DNA of 64,000 nt from Planctomycetota bacterium. Its GTDB lineage: Bacteria > Planctomycetota > PLA2 > JAEUHO01. This document shows positions 9,144 to 19,200 of this stretch, one piece after another. The number at the start of each line of letters is the position of its first letter. The stretch's first letter is position 1. The DNA is taken from positions 1 to 64,000 of the forward strand of contig JBFWRP010000025.1 of NCBI GenBank assembly GCA_050248855.1, read 5' to 3'. A program made the position numbers and the translations under genes. The notes below the pieces were generated by a model. The model saw only the letters and a program-made list of their open reading frames with translations, was not told the DNA's origin and made no database searches.

Positions 9144-9962
9144 GTGCGGCTTTCCTTGGTCTTCCAGGTCTTCCTCGCGCGCATGGCGTTCGGCACGCTC
9201 GTCGCCTTGCTGCCCTTGGCGGGCCTGCGCGCGGCGCAGCGTCACGTCCGCTTCGAAGCCGTCCTCGTCTTCGTGCTCGCGATCGGCGCCGCCGCGCTCT
9301 ACGGCGGGTCGCTGGGCCCAGCACAGGACGCGTGGCCGCAGGGCGCGGCGGCATGGACCTCGCTCGAAGGGGGCATGCCCGCAGCCCTCGTCGGCATGGC
9401 CGTCGCCGCGCTCGTGGTGAACTTCGCCTACGGAACGTTCCGCCGCCGCCTGGGTCGCGTGGCGCTGATCGCGGGCGTGCTCGTGGGCGCGGTGGCGGTA
9501 CTCGGCACGGCGCGCTTCAGCGCCTTCGCCGCCGACCCGGGCGCACTGGCCGTCCTCGCCCTGGGCGGCATGCTGGGCGGCATGCTGATGGCGGGCATCA
9601 ACGACGCCATGGTCCTCGGGCACTTCTACTTGATGATCAAGGGCCTGCCCCTGCTCGCGCTCCAGCGCGCGGGGCGCTTCGTGGCCGCCGTGCTCGTGGC
9701 GCGCATGGCGCTGTTCGGGCTCGTGCTGTGGCAGTGGGAAGGAGCGGCCGAGGTCCTGCTGGAGCGCGAGCTGATCTGGACCACCTGGCGCGTGATGTTC
9801 GGGTTCGTCGGCCCGCTCGTGCTGCTGGTCATGGTCAAGGACACCGTACGCCTCAAGCACACGCAAGCCGCCACGGGCTTGCTCTACGTGGCGGTCGCTT
9901 TCGCCCTGATGGGCGAGCTCGCGGCGGTCTACCTCGAGATGCACACGGGGCTGCCGGCATGA
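9144..9962 (+). CDS. Multi-pass membrane protein of unknown function (start uncertain; alternative ATG at 9051)
   Basis: About 8 hydrophobic segments; MVLGHFYL and TQAATGLLY motifs; ATGA-coupled to the next gene. Confidence 0.7.
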   Translation: MRLSLVFQVFLARMAFGTLVALLPLAGLRAAQRHVRFEAVLVFVLAIGAAALYGGSLGPAQDAWPQGAAAWTSLEGGMPAALVGMAVAALVVNFAYGTFRRRLGRVALIAGVLVGAVAVLGTARFSAFAADPGALAVLALGGMLGGMLMAGINDAMVLGHFYLMIKGLPLLALQRAGRFVAAVLVARMALFGLVLWQWEGAAEVLLERELIWTTWRVMFGFVGPLVLLVMVKDTVRLKHTQAATGLLYVAVAFALMGELAAVYLEMHTGLPA

Positions 9963-10483
9963 GCGAGGCGGCGATCGCGCGCGTCGAGCTGACCTTCGCC
10001 TGCCCGGCACCGGGCTGCGGCGCCCCGGTCGTGGGCGCGTTGACGCCCGACACCGCCTCCATGACCTGCCCGGCGTGTTCCACCTCGACCACGCTCCCCG
10101 AAGCGTCCGAAGCCCTCGCCGCCGAGCCCTTCGCCCCCTGCCCCGTGTGCGGCTCGAGGGACCTCTTCACCCAGCGCGACTTCAACCGTCGCCTGGGTCT
10201 GCTGCTCGCCGCCATCGGCTTGCTGCTGGGGCCGTTCACGGCGTGGATCTCCACGATCACGGCGATCGCGATCGACTTCGCACTGTGGTTCGTCGTGCCC
10301 GAGGTGGTGATCTGCTACGCGTGCCGGGCCCAGGTGCGCGGGCTGGCGAAGGCCTGGCGCCCGCCCGCGTTCGAGATCGCGATCCACGACGTCTACAAGT
10401 TCGACCGCCGCAAACCGCCGCGCCAGGAGCGCGCCGTGGCCGGGCCCTTGCGGCTCCGCCTCCGCCACGAGGGGCAGGAGTAG
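9959..10483 (+). CDS. Double zinc-ribbon membrane protein
   Basis: CPAPGC, CPAC, CPVC and CYAC cysteine pairs, with two TM helices between the last two pairs. Confidence 0.7.
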   Translation: MSEAAIARVELTFACPAPGCGAPVVGALTPDTASMTCPACSTSTTLPEASEALAAEPFAPCPVCGSRDLFTQRDFNRRLGLLLAAIGLLLGPFTAWISTITAIAIDFALWFVVPEVVICYACRAQVRGLAKAWRPPAFEIAIHDVYKFDRRKPPRQERAVAGPLRLRLRHEGQE

Positions 10484-10490
10484 CGCAAGG

Positions 10491-11429
10491 TCATCCGCCG
10501 CGCCGCGCGAGGCCGGCGACGACCGTCTCGGCGGTCTCGTCGTCGCGCCACCCGATGGCCATGGCCGGCGTGTTGAAGGCGTAGCCGATCGTGCCGTCCC
10601 GACCGAGCATGACGAGGCCCCCGCGCCCACCCCAGCGGTCCTCGAGCTCACGGATCGCCAGCCAGCAGGCGTCCACGGCGTTGTGTCCGTCCCGACCGAG
10701 CTCCACGGCGCGCCGCGCGGTGGCGTGGCGCAGGATGGCCTCGCCGTGTCCGGTCGTGGCCGCGCCGCCGGCCAGGTGGTCCGCGAAGTAGCCCGCGCCG
10801 GGCACGGGCGCGTCGCCGATGCGGCCCGGCGGCTTGCCGAGCGTTCCACCGGTCGAGGTCCCGGCGGCGATGCCCCCACCGGCGTCGAGCGCCACGGCCC
10901 CGACCGTGTCGGCCGGGTCGCCCCCCGTCGGCGAGGCCTCGCCCCGCTCCCGCTGCCGGGCGAGCCACGAGGCCAAGCGCTCGACCTCGCGCGCGGTCAC
11001 GAGGCTTGCAGGGTCCACGAGGTGCAGGCCGGAGGCGCGGGCGAACAGCTCGGCCCCCTCGCCGTGAAGGAGCACGGGCCTCGCTTGCAGCATGGCGCGT
11101 GCGGCGTGGATCGGGTGGGCCAGGCGGCGCACGCCGGCCACGGCGCCCACGTTCAGCCGCCGGCCGTCCATCAGGCCGGCATCGAGCTCGACCTCGCCGC
11201 GTCGGTTGAGGACGGCGCCGCGCCCGGCGTTGAGGGCCGGGTCGTCTTCCATGACCGCCACGGCCGCGGCGACGGCCTCGTAGGACTCGCCCCCGTCCAG
11301 GAGGACGGCCCAGCCGGCATCCACGGCAGCGCGCACGGCACGGTCGTGCTCCCGCCTCTCGTCGAACGGGATGTCCCAGGCTCCGGCGTGGACGATGAGG
11401 GCCTTGCGGCGGGGCGAGGGGCGATCCAT
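10491..11429 (-). CDS. iaaA: Isoaspartyl peptidase/L-asparaginase (plant-type Ntn)
   Basis: IVHAGAW, LNAGRG, D|TVGAVA, TSTGG, GRIGD and TGHGE motifs. Confidence 0.9.
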   Translation of the reverse strand: MDRPSPRRKALIVHAGAWDIPFDERREHDRAVRAAVDAGWAVLLDGGESYEAVAAAVAVMEDDPALNAGRGAVLNRRGEVELDAGLMDGRRLNVGAVAGVRRLAHPIHAARAMLQARPVLLHGEGAELFARASGLHLVDPASLVTAREVERLASWLARQRERGEASPTGGDPADTVGAVALDAGGGIAAGTSTGGTLGKPPGRIGDAPVPGAGYFADHLAGGAATTGHGEAILRHATARRAVELGRDGHNAVDACWLAIRELEDRWGGRGGLVMLGRDGTIGYAFNTPAMAIGWRDDETAETVVAGLARRGG

Positions 11430-11556
11430 CGCGGGGAGTGTGCCCCGCGCGCCGCGCCGGCGACACCCCCCGCCGGGCGGCCGCGCGCGCGGGCCCCCCG
11501 GTGGCCGGATCCTTGCGCATGGGCGCACGGCCGGGCAGGGCTACGATGCGCTGACC

Positions 11557-14064
11557 ATGCAGGACCTGGGTTCGCTGGCCGCACACCTGACCGAGGCGAC
11601 GGATGCCGCCTCGCTGGGGCTGCGCCTGGCCGAGCACCTGCGCCGGGGCCATGCTGCGGGGGGCCAGGACGCTGCCGTGCGCATCTGGACGCTCGGAGAT
11701 GCCGATCGCTGTGCCACCTGCTCGCGGCGGGCGGAGTGCCCGGTGCAGGACCGCTGCTTGCACCTCCTGGCCTCCGACGGGGCCTTCGAGGGCGTGCGCG
11801 TGCACGACGAGCGCCTGCCGCGCACGCTGGCGCCCTTCGCAGCCGTGCTGGAGGAGGCCACCGCGCCGGGGGCCGCGGGTGACCTGCCGCTCGAGCTCGC
11901 CGGCGGCACGGCAACCAGCTGGCGACTGCACGCGCTGGAAGCCGCGGGCGAAGTGCTGGGCATCGTGGGCGTGCGGGCCGAAGCGGGAACCCTGGCGGAG
12001 CACGACGAGGCGACGCGCCTCGCGGCATGCCTCGCCGCCTCCTCGCTACGCCTCGTGCACAGCCTCGAGACCGGCGAGCGTCGCCACGACCTGCTGCTTC
12101 TCGTCAACGAGCTGGGCCGCAAGGTCAATGCCATCCTCGATGACGACCTCCTGCTGCGCCAGGCGGCCAGCGACATCCATCGCGTGCTCGGCTTCCCCAA
12201 TGTCATGGTGTTCACGTCCGAGCCCGACGGCCACCGCCTGCGCCTGCGCGCGCAAGCGGGCGTGTTCCCCGCCGGGGGCAACGCCGGATCCGAGATCGGC
12301 ACGGCGCAGGGCATCGTCGGTCGCGCGTTCCGCGCGGGCGTGACGCAGATCATCGACGACGTAGGCGCGGAAGACACCTACGTCTGCTGGTTCCCCGACA
12401 CACGCAGCGAGATCGCCGTGCCGATCTCGAACGGTGGAACCGTGATGGGCGTGCTCAACGTGGAGTCGGACCGCACCAGCGCGTTCGGGCCCACGGACCG
12501 CCTCGTGCTGGAGACGCTGGCCAACCAGCTGGCGACGGCGCTGGACAACGCACGCCTGTTCGCGTTGGTCAAGGAGCGCGAGGATCGCTACCGCACCCTC
12601 GTGGAGTCCAGCCCCGTCGCGGTGATGCACCTCACGGCAGAGGGCCGCGTGACCTACGCCAACCCGGCGGCGGAGGCCATCACGGGCGTTCCGGCCGCCG
12701 AGCTGACCGCTCGTTCGCAGGGTCTGGCGACGCTGGTTCCCCAGGGCGACCGCTCGCGCGTGCAGGGCGCCATCCGCACGGCCGCGGACGGGCGTACGAC
12801 GCCGGACCTCGAGGTGCGCGTCCTCCACGCCGATGGGGAAGTGCGCTGGATCACCGCGTCGCTGAGACCCCTGGCGCGTCAGGACGGCCATCCGGGGGGG
12901 GTGGTCTTGAGCGCCCGCGACCGCACGCGCGAGAAGGAGCTGCAGGACCGTCTCAACCAGAGCGAGAAGCTCAGCGCCATCGGCACGCTGGTCAGCGGCG
13001 TCGCGCACGAGCTCAACAACCCCCTCGCCGGCATTCTCGGCTTCAGCCAGCTGCTCCTGGCCCGCGACCCGTCGGACTGGTCGCGCGCCGACGTGGAGAA
13101 GATCGAGCACAACGCCCGCCGCTGCCAGCGCATCGTCGAGAACCTGCTGGCCTTCGCGCGCCAGCGCCGCATGACGAAGCGGCGCGCGTGCATCAACGAC
13201 GTGATCGAGGGCGTGCTCAACCTGAACGAGTACCAGCTGCGCATGGACAACATCGAAGTCTCGCGCGACTTCGATCCCCTGGTGCCGTCGATACCGCTCG
13301 ACGTCAACCGCTGGCAGCAGGTGTTCGTCAACCTGTCCAGCAACGCCCACCAAGCGCTGCTCGAGTCCCCGCGCAACGAACGACGGCTGCACTTCGCCAC
13401 GCGCCGCGTGGGCGACACGATCATCGTGCGCGTCGTCGACAACGGCCCCGGCGTCCCGCAGGAGCTGCGCCACCGCGTCTTCGAGCCGTTCTTCACCACG
13501 CGCGAGTCGGGCACGGGCCTGGGTCTGGGCATCTGCTTCGGCATCGTGCAGGAGCACGGCGGCACGATCGAGATCGACCCCAGCGTGGTCGAAGGCACCA
13601 CGATCGTGATCGAGCTCCCGCTCGGCGAGCACGCGGAGATGCCCGTGGCCGTCCCGCAAGAGCCCGCCCCGGTGCCGCGCGGCGGCGGTCGCCGCGTGCT
13701 CATCGTGGACGACGACCCCTTCGTGTGCGACGTGGCCCGACGGGCCCTCGAGCACAACCACTACGAGGTCACGATCGCCCACGACGGCGCGGCGGCGCTG
13801 GACCTGGCCCACGACGGCCGCTTCGACGCCCTGCTGGCCGACGTCCGGATGCCCGGCGCCATGAACGGCCTCGAGCTGTACCGCGCGATCGAGCGCGACC
13901 TCCCGGCGCTGGCCAGCCGCTTCATCTTCATGACCGGCAACCTGACCGACGGTCCCATGAACGCCGAGCTCACGCAGCTGGCCATCCGCTGCATCGAGAA
14001 GCCCTTCGACATCGAGGACCTCGCGCAGACCGTCCACGAAGTCGTGGGGCCGCTGGGCGACTAG
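11557..14064 (+). CDS. Hybrid sensor histidine kinase (GAF-GAF-PAS-HisKA-HATPase-REC)
   Basis: SEIAVPI...GVLNVES GAF; YANPAA PAS; AHELNNPL H-box; DNGPG/FEPFFTT/GTGLGL; VLIVDDD...DVRMPG...KPF receiver. Confidence 0.92.
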   Translation: MQDLGSLAAHLTEATDAASLGLRLAEHLRRGHAAGGQDAAVRIWTLGDADRCATCSRRAECPVQDRCLHLLASDGAFEGVRVHDERLPRTLAPFAAVLEEATAPGAAGDLPLELAGGTATSWRLHALEAAGEVLGIVGVRAEAGTLAEHDEATRLAACLAASSLRLVHSLETGERRHDLLLLVNELGRKVNAILDDDLLLRQAASDIHRVLGFPNVMVFTSEPDGHRLRLRAQAGVFPAGGNAGSEIGTAQGIVGRAFRAGVTQIIDDVGAEDTYVCWFPDTRSEIAVPISNGGTVMGVLNVESDRTSAFGPTDRLVLETLANQLATALDNARLFALVKEREDRYRTLVESSPVAVMHLTAEGRVTYANPAAEAITGVPAAELTARSQGLATLVPQGDRSRVQGAIRTAADGRTTPDLEVRVLHADGEVRWITASLRPLARQDGHPGGVVLSARDRTREKELQDRLNQSEKLSAIGTLVSGVAHELNNPLAGILGFSQLLLARDPSDWSRADVEKIEHNARRCQRIVENLLAFARQRRMTKRRACINDVIEGVLNLNEYQLRMDNIEVSRDFDPLVPSIPLDVNRWQQVFVNLSSNAHQALLESPRNERRLHFATRRVGDTIIVRVVDNGPGVPQELRHRVFEPFFTTRESGTGLGLGICFGIVQEHGGTIEIDPSVVEGTTIVIELPLGEHAEMPVAVPQEPAPVPRGGGRRVLIVDDDPFVCDVARRALEHNHYEVTIAHDGAAALDLAHDGRFDALLADVRMPGAMNGLELYRAIERDLPALASRFIFMTGNLTDGPMNAELTQLAIRCIEKPFDIEDLAQTVHEVVGPLGD

Positions 14065-14065
14065 A

Positions 14066-14163
14066 GTACGAGGTCGGGTGGGATGCCAGCCTCGGGCCGC
14101 GTCGTGCTCCCGCATGCAGGAGCGTGTCCCGGCCCGAGGTAGGAATCTCACCCGACTCCGTAC
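14066..14163. repeat. Repeat family B: 98-bp GTAC-flanked palindromic (REP/MITE-like) element, imperfect copy
   Basis: gtacgaggtcgggtgggatgccagcctcgggcc ... ggcccgaggtaggaatctcacccgactccgtac; same length and arms as the copy at 35243-35340. Confidence 0.85.
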
Positions 14164-14561
14164 GGGACACCCAAGCGTCGCAGCAGGTCCTCGACGCGCG
14201 CGCGGATGTCCTCGCGGATCGGGCGTACTTGCTCCAGGGGCTTCCCCGCCGGGTCCAGGAGCGGCCAGTCCTCGCGCGGGACGCCCGGCACGACGGGGCA
14301 GGCGTCGCCGCAGCCCATCGTGACCACGACGGTGGCGCCTTCGACGTCGGCCCGCTCCAAGCGTCGCGGCTTCACGCCGCCCACGTCGATGCCCACCTCC
14401 GCGAGCGCCGCCGCCACGCCGGGGTGGATGGCCGGGCCCGGGGCCGAACCGGCGGAGATCACCTCCACGTTCGCCCCCCCGAGATGACGCGCGAAGGCGG
14501 CGGCCATCTGGCTCCGCCCCGCGTTGTGCACGCAGACGAACAGCAGGCGCGGGACCGTCAT
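14148..14561 (-). CDS. arsC: Arsenate reductase, LMW-PTP fold
   Basis: CVHNAGRSQM P-loop, MGCGDACP and DP motifs; ars context. Confidence 0.9.
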   Translation of the reverse strand: MTVPRLLFVCVHNAGRSQMAAAFARHLGGANVEVISAGSAPGPAIHPGVAAALAEVGIDVGGVKPRRLERADVEGATVVVTMGCGDACPVVPGVPREDWPLLDPAGKPLEQVRPIREDIRARVEDLLRRLGVPYGVG

Positions 14562-15247
14562 GCCGGCTCCGTCGCCGGGGGCTTCGCCTCGGCCCCGTAG
14601 AGCAGATGCCCCAGTCCCGCTGCAACCACCACGCCCGCTACCTGGGCACCGACGAAGGCCGGGACGCTGGCAGGCGCAATGCCCGAGAACGTGTCCGAGA
14701 ACCCTCGCGCCAACGTGACGGCCGGATTGGCAAACGACGTGGAGGAGGTGAACCAGTAGGCGGCACCGATCCATGCGGCGACGGCGAACGGCACGGCGAT
14801 GACGTGGGTGCGCAGGGCCCCGCGAATGGCCAGCAAGAGCCCCGCCGTGGCCACGACCTCGCCCACCCACTGCGAGGCGCCTGCACGCACCTTCGTGCTG
14901 GCCGCGAACGGCGCGAGCTCGAACATCGTGTGGGCGATCGCCGTGCCGGCCAGCCCGCCTGCGAGCTGCACCACGATGTAGGCGACGCCTTCCCTGCCGG
15001 TCATCTCGCGTCGCAGGCAGGCGAGGAGCGTGACGGCCGGGTTGATGTGGGCGCCGGAGACGGGGCCGAGCGCCAGGATCAAGGCCACGAGCGCGAACAC
15101 CGTCGCCAGCGTGTTCTCGAGCAGCTGCAGACCCACGTCGTCCGGCGAGAGCCGCTGGGCGGCGATGCCCGAGCCCACGACGGCCGCCACCAGCACGGCC
15201 GTACCGAGCCCTTCGGCGAGAAGCCTACGGCCTAGCCCGGGCAGCAC
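14558..15247 (-). CDS. MIP/aquaporin family arsenite channel (AqpS-like)
   Basis: SGAHINPA and TSFANPA NPA motifs; six TM segments; GTG start with GGAG upstream. Confidence 0.88.
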   Translation of the reverse strand: MLPGLGRRLLAEGLGTAVLVAAVVGSGIAAQRLSPDDVGLQLLENTLATVFALVALILALGPVSGAHINPAVTLLACLRREMTGREGVAYIVVQLAGGLAGTAIAHTMFELAPFAASTKVRAGASQWVGEVVATAGLLLAIRGALRTHVIAVPFAVAAWIGAAYWFTSSTSFANPAVTLARGFSDTFSGIAPASVPAFVGAQVAGVVVAAGLGHLLYGAEAKPPATEPA

Positions 15248-15681
15248 GTGCTGCTGCTCCCGGGGGCACACCCACCGCCGGCGGGGCGCGCTGCAGGGAC
15301 ACCGTGCGGCCCGACGGGGGCGTCGGCCAGCACCGTGTACACCTCCCACGGCAGACCGTCCGGATCGTGCACCCAGACCTTGTCCTGCAGCGCGTAGCAG
15401 CAGGTGGTCTGCATTTCGGGCAGCGGAACGAGGCCGGTGTCGGCCAGGCGGGCGCTCTCGGACTCGACCTCGGCGCTGCTCTCCACTTCCACACCCAGAT
15501 GGTTGATGCGGCCGCCGTGGCCGGGGTTCTCGATCAGGACCAGCTTCAGCGGTGGGTTGGCGACCGCGAAGTTGGCGTAGCCGGGGCGCCGCTTGCTCGG
15601 CGGCTGGCCCAGCAGGCGCTCGTAGAAGCCGATCGCGGCCTCGAGGTCCTCGACGTCGAGGGCGAGCTGGAAGCGTGACAT
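15232..15681 (-). CDS. arsI: ArsI/CadI family VOC metalloenzyme (putative C-As lyase)
   Basis: KRRPGYANF, NHLGVEV and TTCCYALQDKVWVHDPDG motifs. Confidence 0.85.
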   Translation of the reverse strand: MSRFQLALDVEDLEAAIGFYERLLGQPPSKRRPGYANFAVANPPLKLVLIENPGHGGRINHLGVEVESSAEVESESARLADTGLVPLPEMQTTCCYALQDKVWVHDPDGLPWEVYTVLADAPVGPHGVPAARPAGGGCAPGSSSTCCPG

Positions 15682-15718
15682 GGCGGGTCTCCGAGGGGTC
15701 CGCGACACGATGGACATC

Positions 15719-15738
15719 ACATCGACATCTGTCAATAT
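15719..15738. promoter_or_regulatory. Putative ArsR operator in the divergent ars promoter
   Basis: Imperfect inverted repeat acATCGAC-atct-GTCAATat, AT-rich in a GC-rich context, between the divergent arsI and arsR. Confidence 0.65.
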
Positions 15739-16095
15739 GTGGACGTGCCGCGCGCCACGCCCTCCTGCCGACCGCCTGCGTCCGGGCGCGGGACCTGCTG
15801 CCCGCTGGCCGTGGCCCCCCCAAGCCTGCCCGAGGCCGAGGCCCTGGCGGGCCGCTTCCGCGCGCTGGCCGACCCCGCACGCCTGCGCCTGCTGGGTTTG
15901 ATCCAAGCGCAACCCGAGGGCGAGGCGTGCGTCTGCAACCTCGTCGAGCCGCTGGGCTTGACGCAACCCACGGTGACGCACCACCTGCAGGTGCTGCACC
16001 GCGCCGGCCTGCTGCGGCGCGAGAAGCGCGGCATCTGGGTCTACTACCAGGTCGAGCGCGCGGCGCTCCGTACGCTTCGCGACACGCTGGCGTAA
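15739..16095 (+). CDS. arsR: ArsR/SmtB transcriptional repressor
   Basis: N-terminal CC, ALADPARL, EACVC, QPTVTHHL and RGIWVYY motifs. Confidence 0.9.
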   Translation: MDVPRATPSCRPPASGRGTCCPLAVAPPSLPEAEALAGRFRALADPARLRLLGLIQAQPEGEACVCNLVEPLGLTQPTVTHHLQVLHRAGLLRREKRGIWVYYQVERAALRTLRDTLA

Positions 16096-16258
16096 GCCGG
16101 CGGCCGCGACCCGAAGCCCGTCGCGCGTTCGAGCAGGGCGCCGGACGTGGGGCGCCGACCCGACCCGGCCGGCGCCAGCCCTGCGACGACGCCGGGAGAC
16201 CGACCGGCCACGACCACGCGGCCGGTCGGCATCCCCCGGGCATGTCGCATGCCGGGGA

Positions 16259-19200
16259 TCAGGGCAGGATCTCGTAGATGGCGACGGTTCCGCTGACCTC
16301 GTGGGCCGCCAAGAGCAGGGCGTTGCCCGTCGGGCTGTCGGCGGGCGCCACGAAGCGCAGGCCCTCGGGACTCACGTCGAACGGGTTGTCGAGGAAACCG
16401 ACGTAGCGCGGCAGGGTGGGCTCGCGCAGGTTGAACAACATCGACCCGCCGTAGCGCTCCAACCCGATCACGGCGTGCGGGACGCCATCGATCATGGCCA
16501 CGGCCACGCCCTCGGGCTCGGGGCCCTTGTCGTCGCTGCGCTCGTCGAACGAGCCCGGGCCGTTCTGGTTGAAGCGTTGCTCCGCGAGCCGGCTGGTGAT
16601 GCGCTCGAGCAGGTCGGCGCTGTCGTAGACGAGCTTGCCGTTCTCGTCCCAGATCGAGAACGAGCGGGCGCCGTAGGCGTGGATGCGGTCCAGGTCCCCG
16701 TCGCCATCCACGTCGCCGTCGGCCAAGGTGCCCGGGACCGAGGGACCCACCAGCGTGATGCGCAGGCGACCGAGCTCGGCCGAGCTGCGCAGCACCGCGG
16801 CGTCGGGGAACACGGTCGGGTCCAGCACGACGTCGTTGTCCCGCAAGCGGGCTTCCTCGTCGAACCCGTCGTAGGCGCGTGCGTCGCCTTCGTTGGCCGT
16901 GACGTAGAACCACGCCTCGCCGCACGCGAAGCCCGCGATCGTGTCGGGCTGGACCATGCCGTGGACGGGCCAGCTCTGGATGCGGATGCTCGGCGCGCCG
17001 CCAGGACCGTCCTCGTCGCCGCCGTCAAAGCCCGCGGGCAGGGTGTCGATGACGCCGAGGTAGGTCCCGGAGTCCGTGGCGGGCGCCGGTGCGAACAGGC
17101 CCGTGCCGGTGTCCAGCACGGAGGTCGCCAGGCCGAAGTCGTTGTCGTTGATCACGAGCAGGCGCCCGTCCGGCAGGCGCGCCAAGCCCTCGGGCTTGTC
17201 CGTCGCGTGGTAGCCGTAGGCCGCGAGGTCCACGTAGGTGGCCTTCTGCACGGGCGTCACGTCGACGCCGGGGAGCTCCGCGGGCGCAAGCGTGTCCAGG
17301 AGCCCGCCGGGGCCGGCAAGCGCGAGGTACGTCCCGGCGTCGAGGTCGGCAAGGTCCGTGGCACCCGCCAAGCGGACCACGGCGATCTTCTTGGCCGAGT
17401 CGATGCCCGTGGAGCTGTCGCGCTCGATCACGAAGAACGTACCCGTCTCGCCCGCGTACACGGCGTCGCCGATCTTGTCCATCGACTTCGTGCAGTCCAG
17501 CGCCTGCACGTACTCGCCGGTCACCGCGCCCGTAGCCGGGTCCACCTCGACGATGCGTACGAGCGTGCCGGCCTTGCTGTTCGCGTCGTTGGCCACGTCG
17601 GGGTTGTCCAACGGCGACTGGATCCACGCGTAGATGCGGTCCACCGTCGGGTCGTAGGCGATGGCCTCGAACCCACGGTTCGCGCGCCGCTGTCCGTAGG
17701 CCGCGGGCAAGGTCTCGGTCCCGAACGCGGCGCCGATACCGGCGGGCACGTAGCGGTCGATCAAGTGGCCGTTGGCGCCGAAGCGGTACAGCGCGGGACG
17801 GTACTCGTCGCACGCCCACCACGTGGTGTCCGGCAGCTGGACCACGCCTTCGAGGTCCGCGCCGTACGGATCGAGGGCCAGCGGGGCGCCGGTCAGCGAG
17901 ACGGGCTCCTCGTCGTAGCCGGCGAGGCCGGGAGCGGTCGCGAGCACGTTGGAGACGCCGGTGATGGGCGTGACGCCGTCGGTGCGGAGCAGCGGCAGCT
18001 GGCCCTCGACGGTCACGGCGCCGGTGGCCGGGTTGACGGCCAGGTGCACGAGCTGCGCACCCAGGCCCGGCAAGGCGAAGGGGCGCTCGGCTTCGGCGTC
18101 CATGTCGACGTTCTCGGGCTCGGCAACCGGGCCGCGATCGGGGACCACCGTGAGGTGCCACACCCCCTGCCCATCGACGCTCCGGACGTGCAGCCCGCTG
18201 AAGCCACCGAGACGGATGTCCTGGCCGGCGGTCGTCGTGCCCAGCACGGGCAGCTCGGGCAGCGTGTAGATGCGGGCCGTGCCCACGCGGGGCTGGGCGA
18301 TGCTGCTCCAGTCCTTGAGCCCCAGGGGCACGATCCGCGTGAACGCCTTCGTGGCCAGGTCGAGCACGCCGAACGCGTTGTTCTCCTGGCAGGTGACGAG
18401 CAGCTCCGTGCTGTCGCCGTTGAACGCGAGGTACTCCGGCTCCATGTCCTGGGCCACCGAGGCCCCTGGGCCGAACAGGCGCACGCCCGCCGCGCGCAAG
18501 GCGGCGAGGTCGCCGTTGAACGCACTGAAGTCCGCCGTGACGGTGGACAGGATCGAGAGCGCGTTCGGGTCCGTCCGGTCCAGCTCGACGACGGTCACGC
18601 TGCCGTTGGGGTCCACCGTGTAGACGCCGTTGGGCTCACCCTCGTTGGCCGAGCAGCACCAGGTGCCGTCGGGCGAGAACCCGACCATGTCGGGCAGCGC
18701 ACCGGTGGGCGCCTGGCCGAGGTAGGCCAAGGTGCCCGCATGGTAGAAGTGGATCGTGCCGGGCGACTGCTTGGCATCGTTCTCGAAGGCCACGGCCACG
18801 AGGTTGCCGCTCACGTCCACGCTGTTGGGCGTCACACCGCCCAGCGTGGCGGTCAGCGTGCCCAGGAACAGCGGCGCATCGACGTTGGCGATGCTGTAGA
18901 CGTCGATGCGGCCATCGGCCGCGTTCACGATGAACACGCGCTGCGTGCCCGGGTGGTGGGCGATCACTTCGGCGTGCGCCTCGCCGCCGCTCGTGACGGC
19001 GAACGAGCTGCGGTGGTTGAACACGACACCCGCTTCGCCGGTCACGGTCACCTGGACCGTGTCGCTGAAGACATCGCCACCCGTCGTCGTGGCCGTCACG
19101 CGGAACGTGAGCGTGGCAGGGCCCATTGGCGCGCGGACGCCGAGGGCAGGCGTGTCGGCGCCCACCAGGACGGCGCCCGTGCCGCCCGTCTGCGACCACG

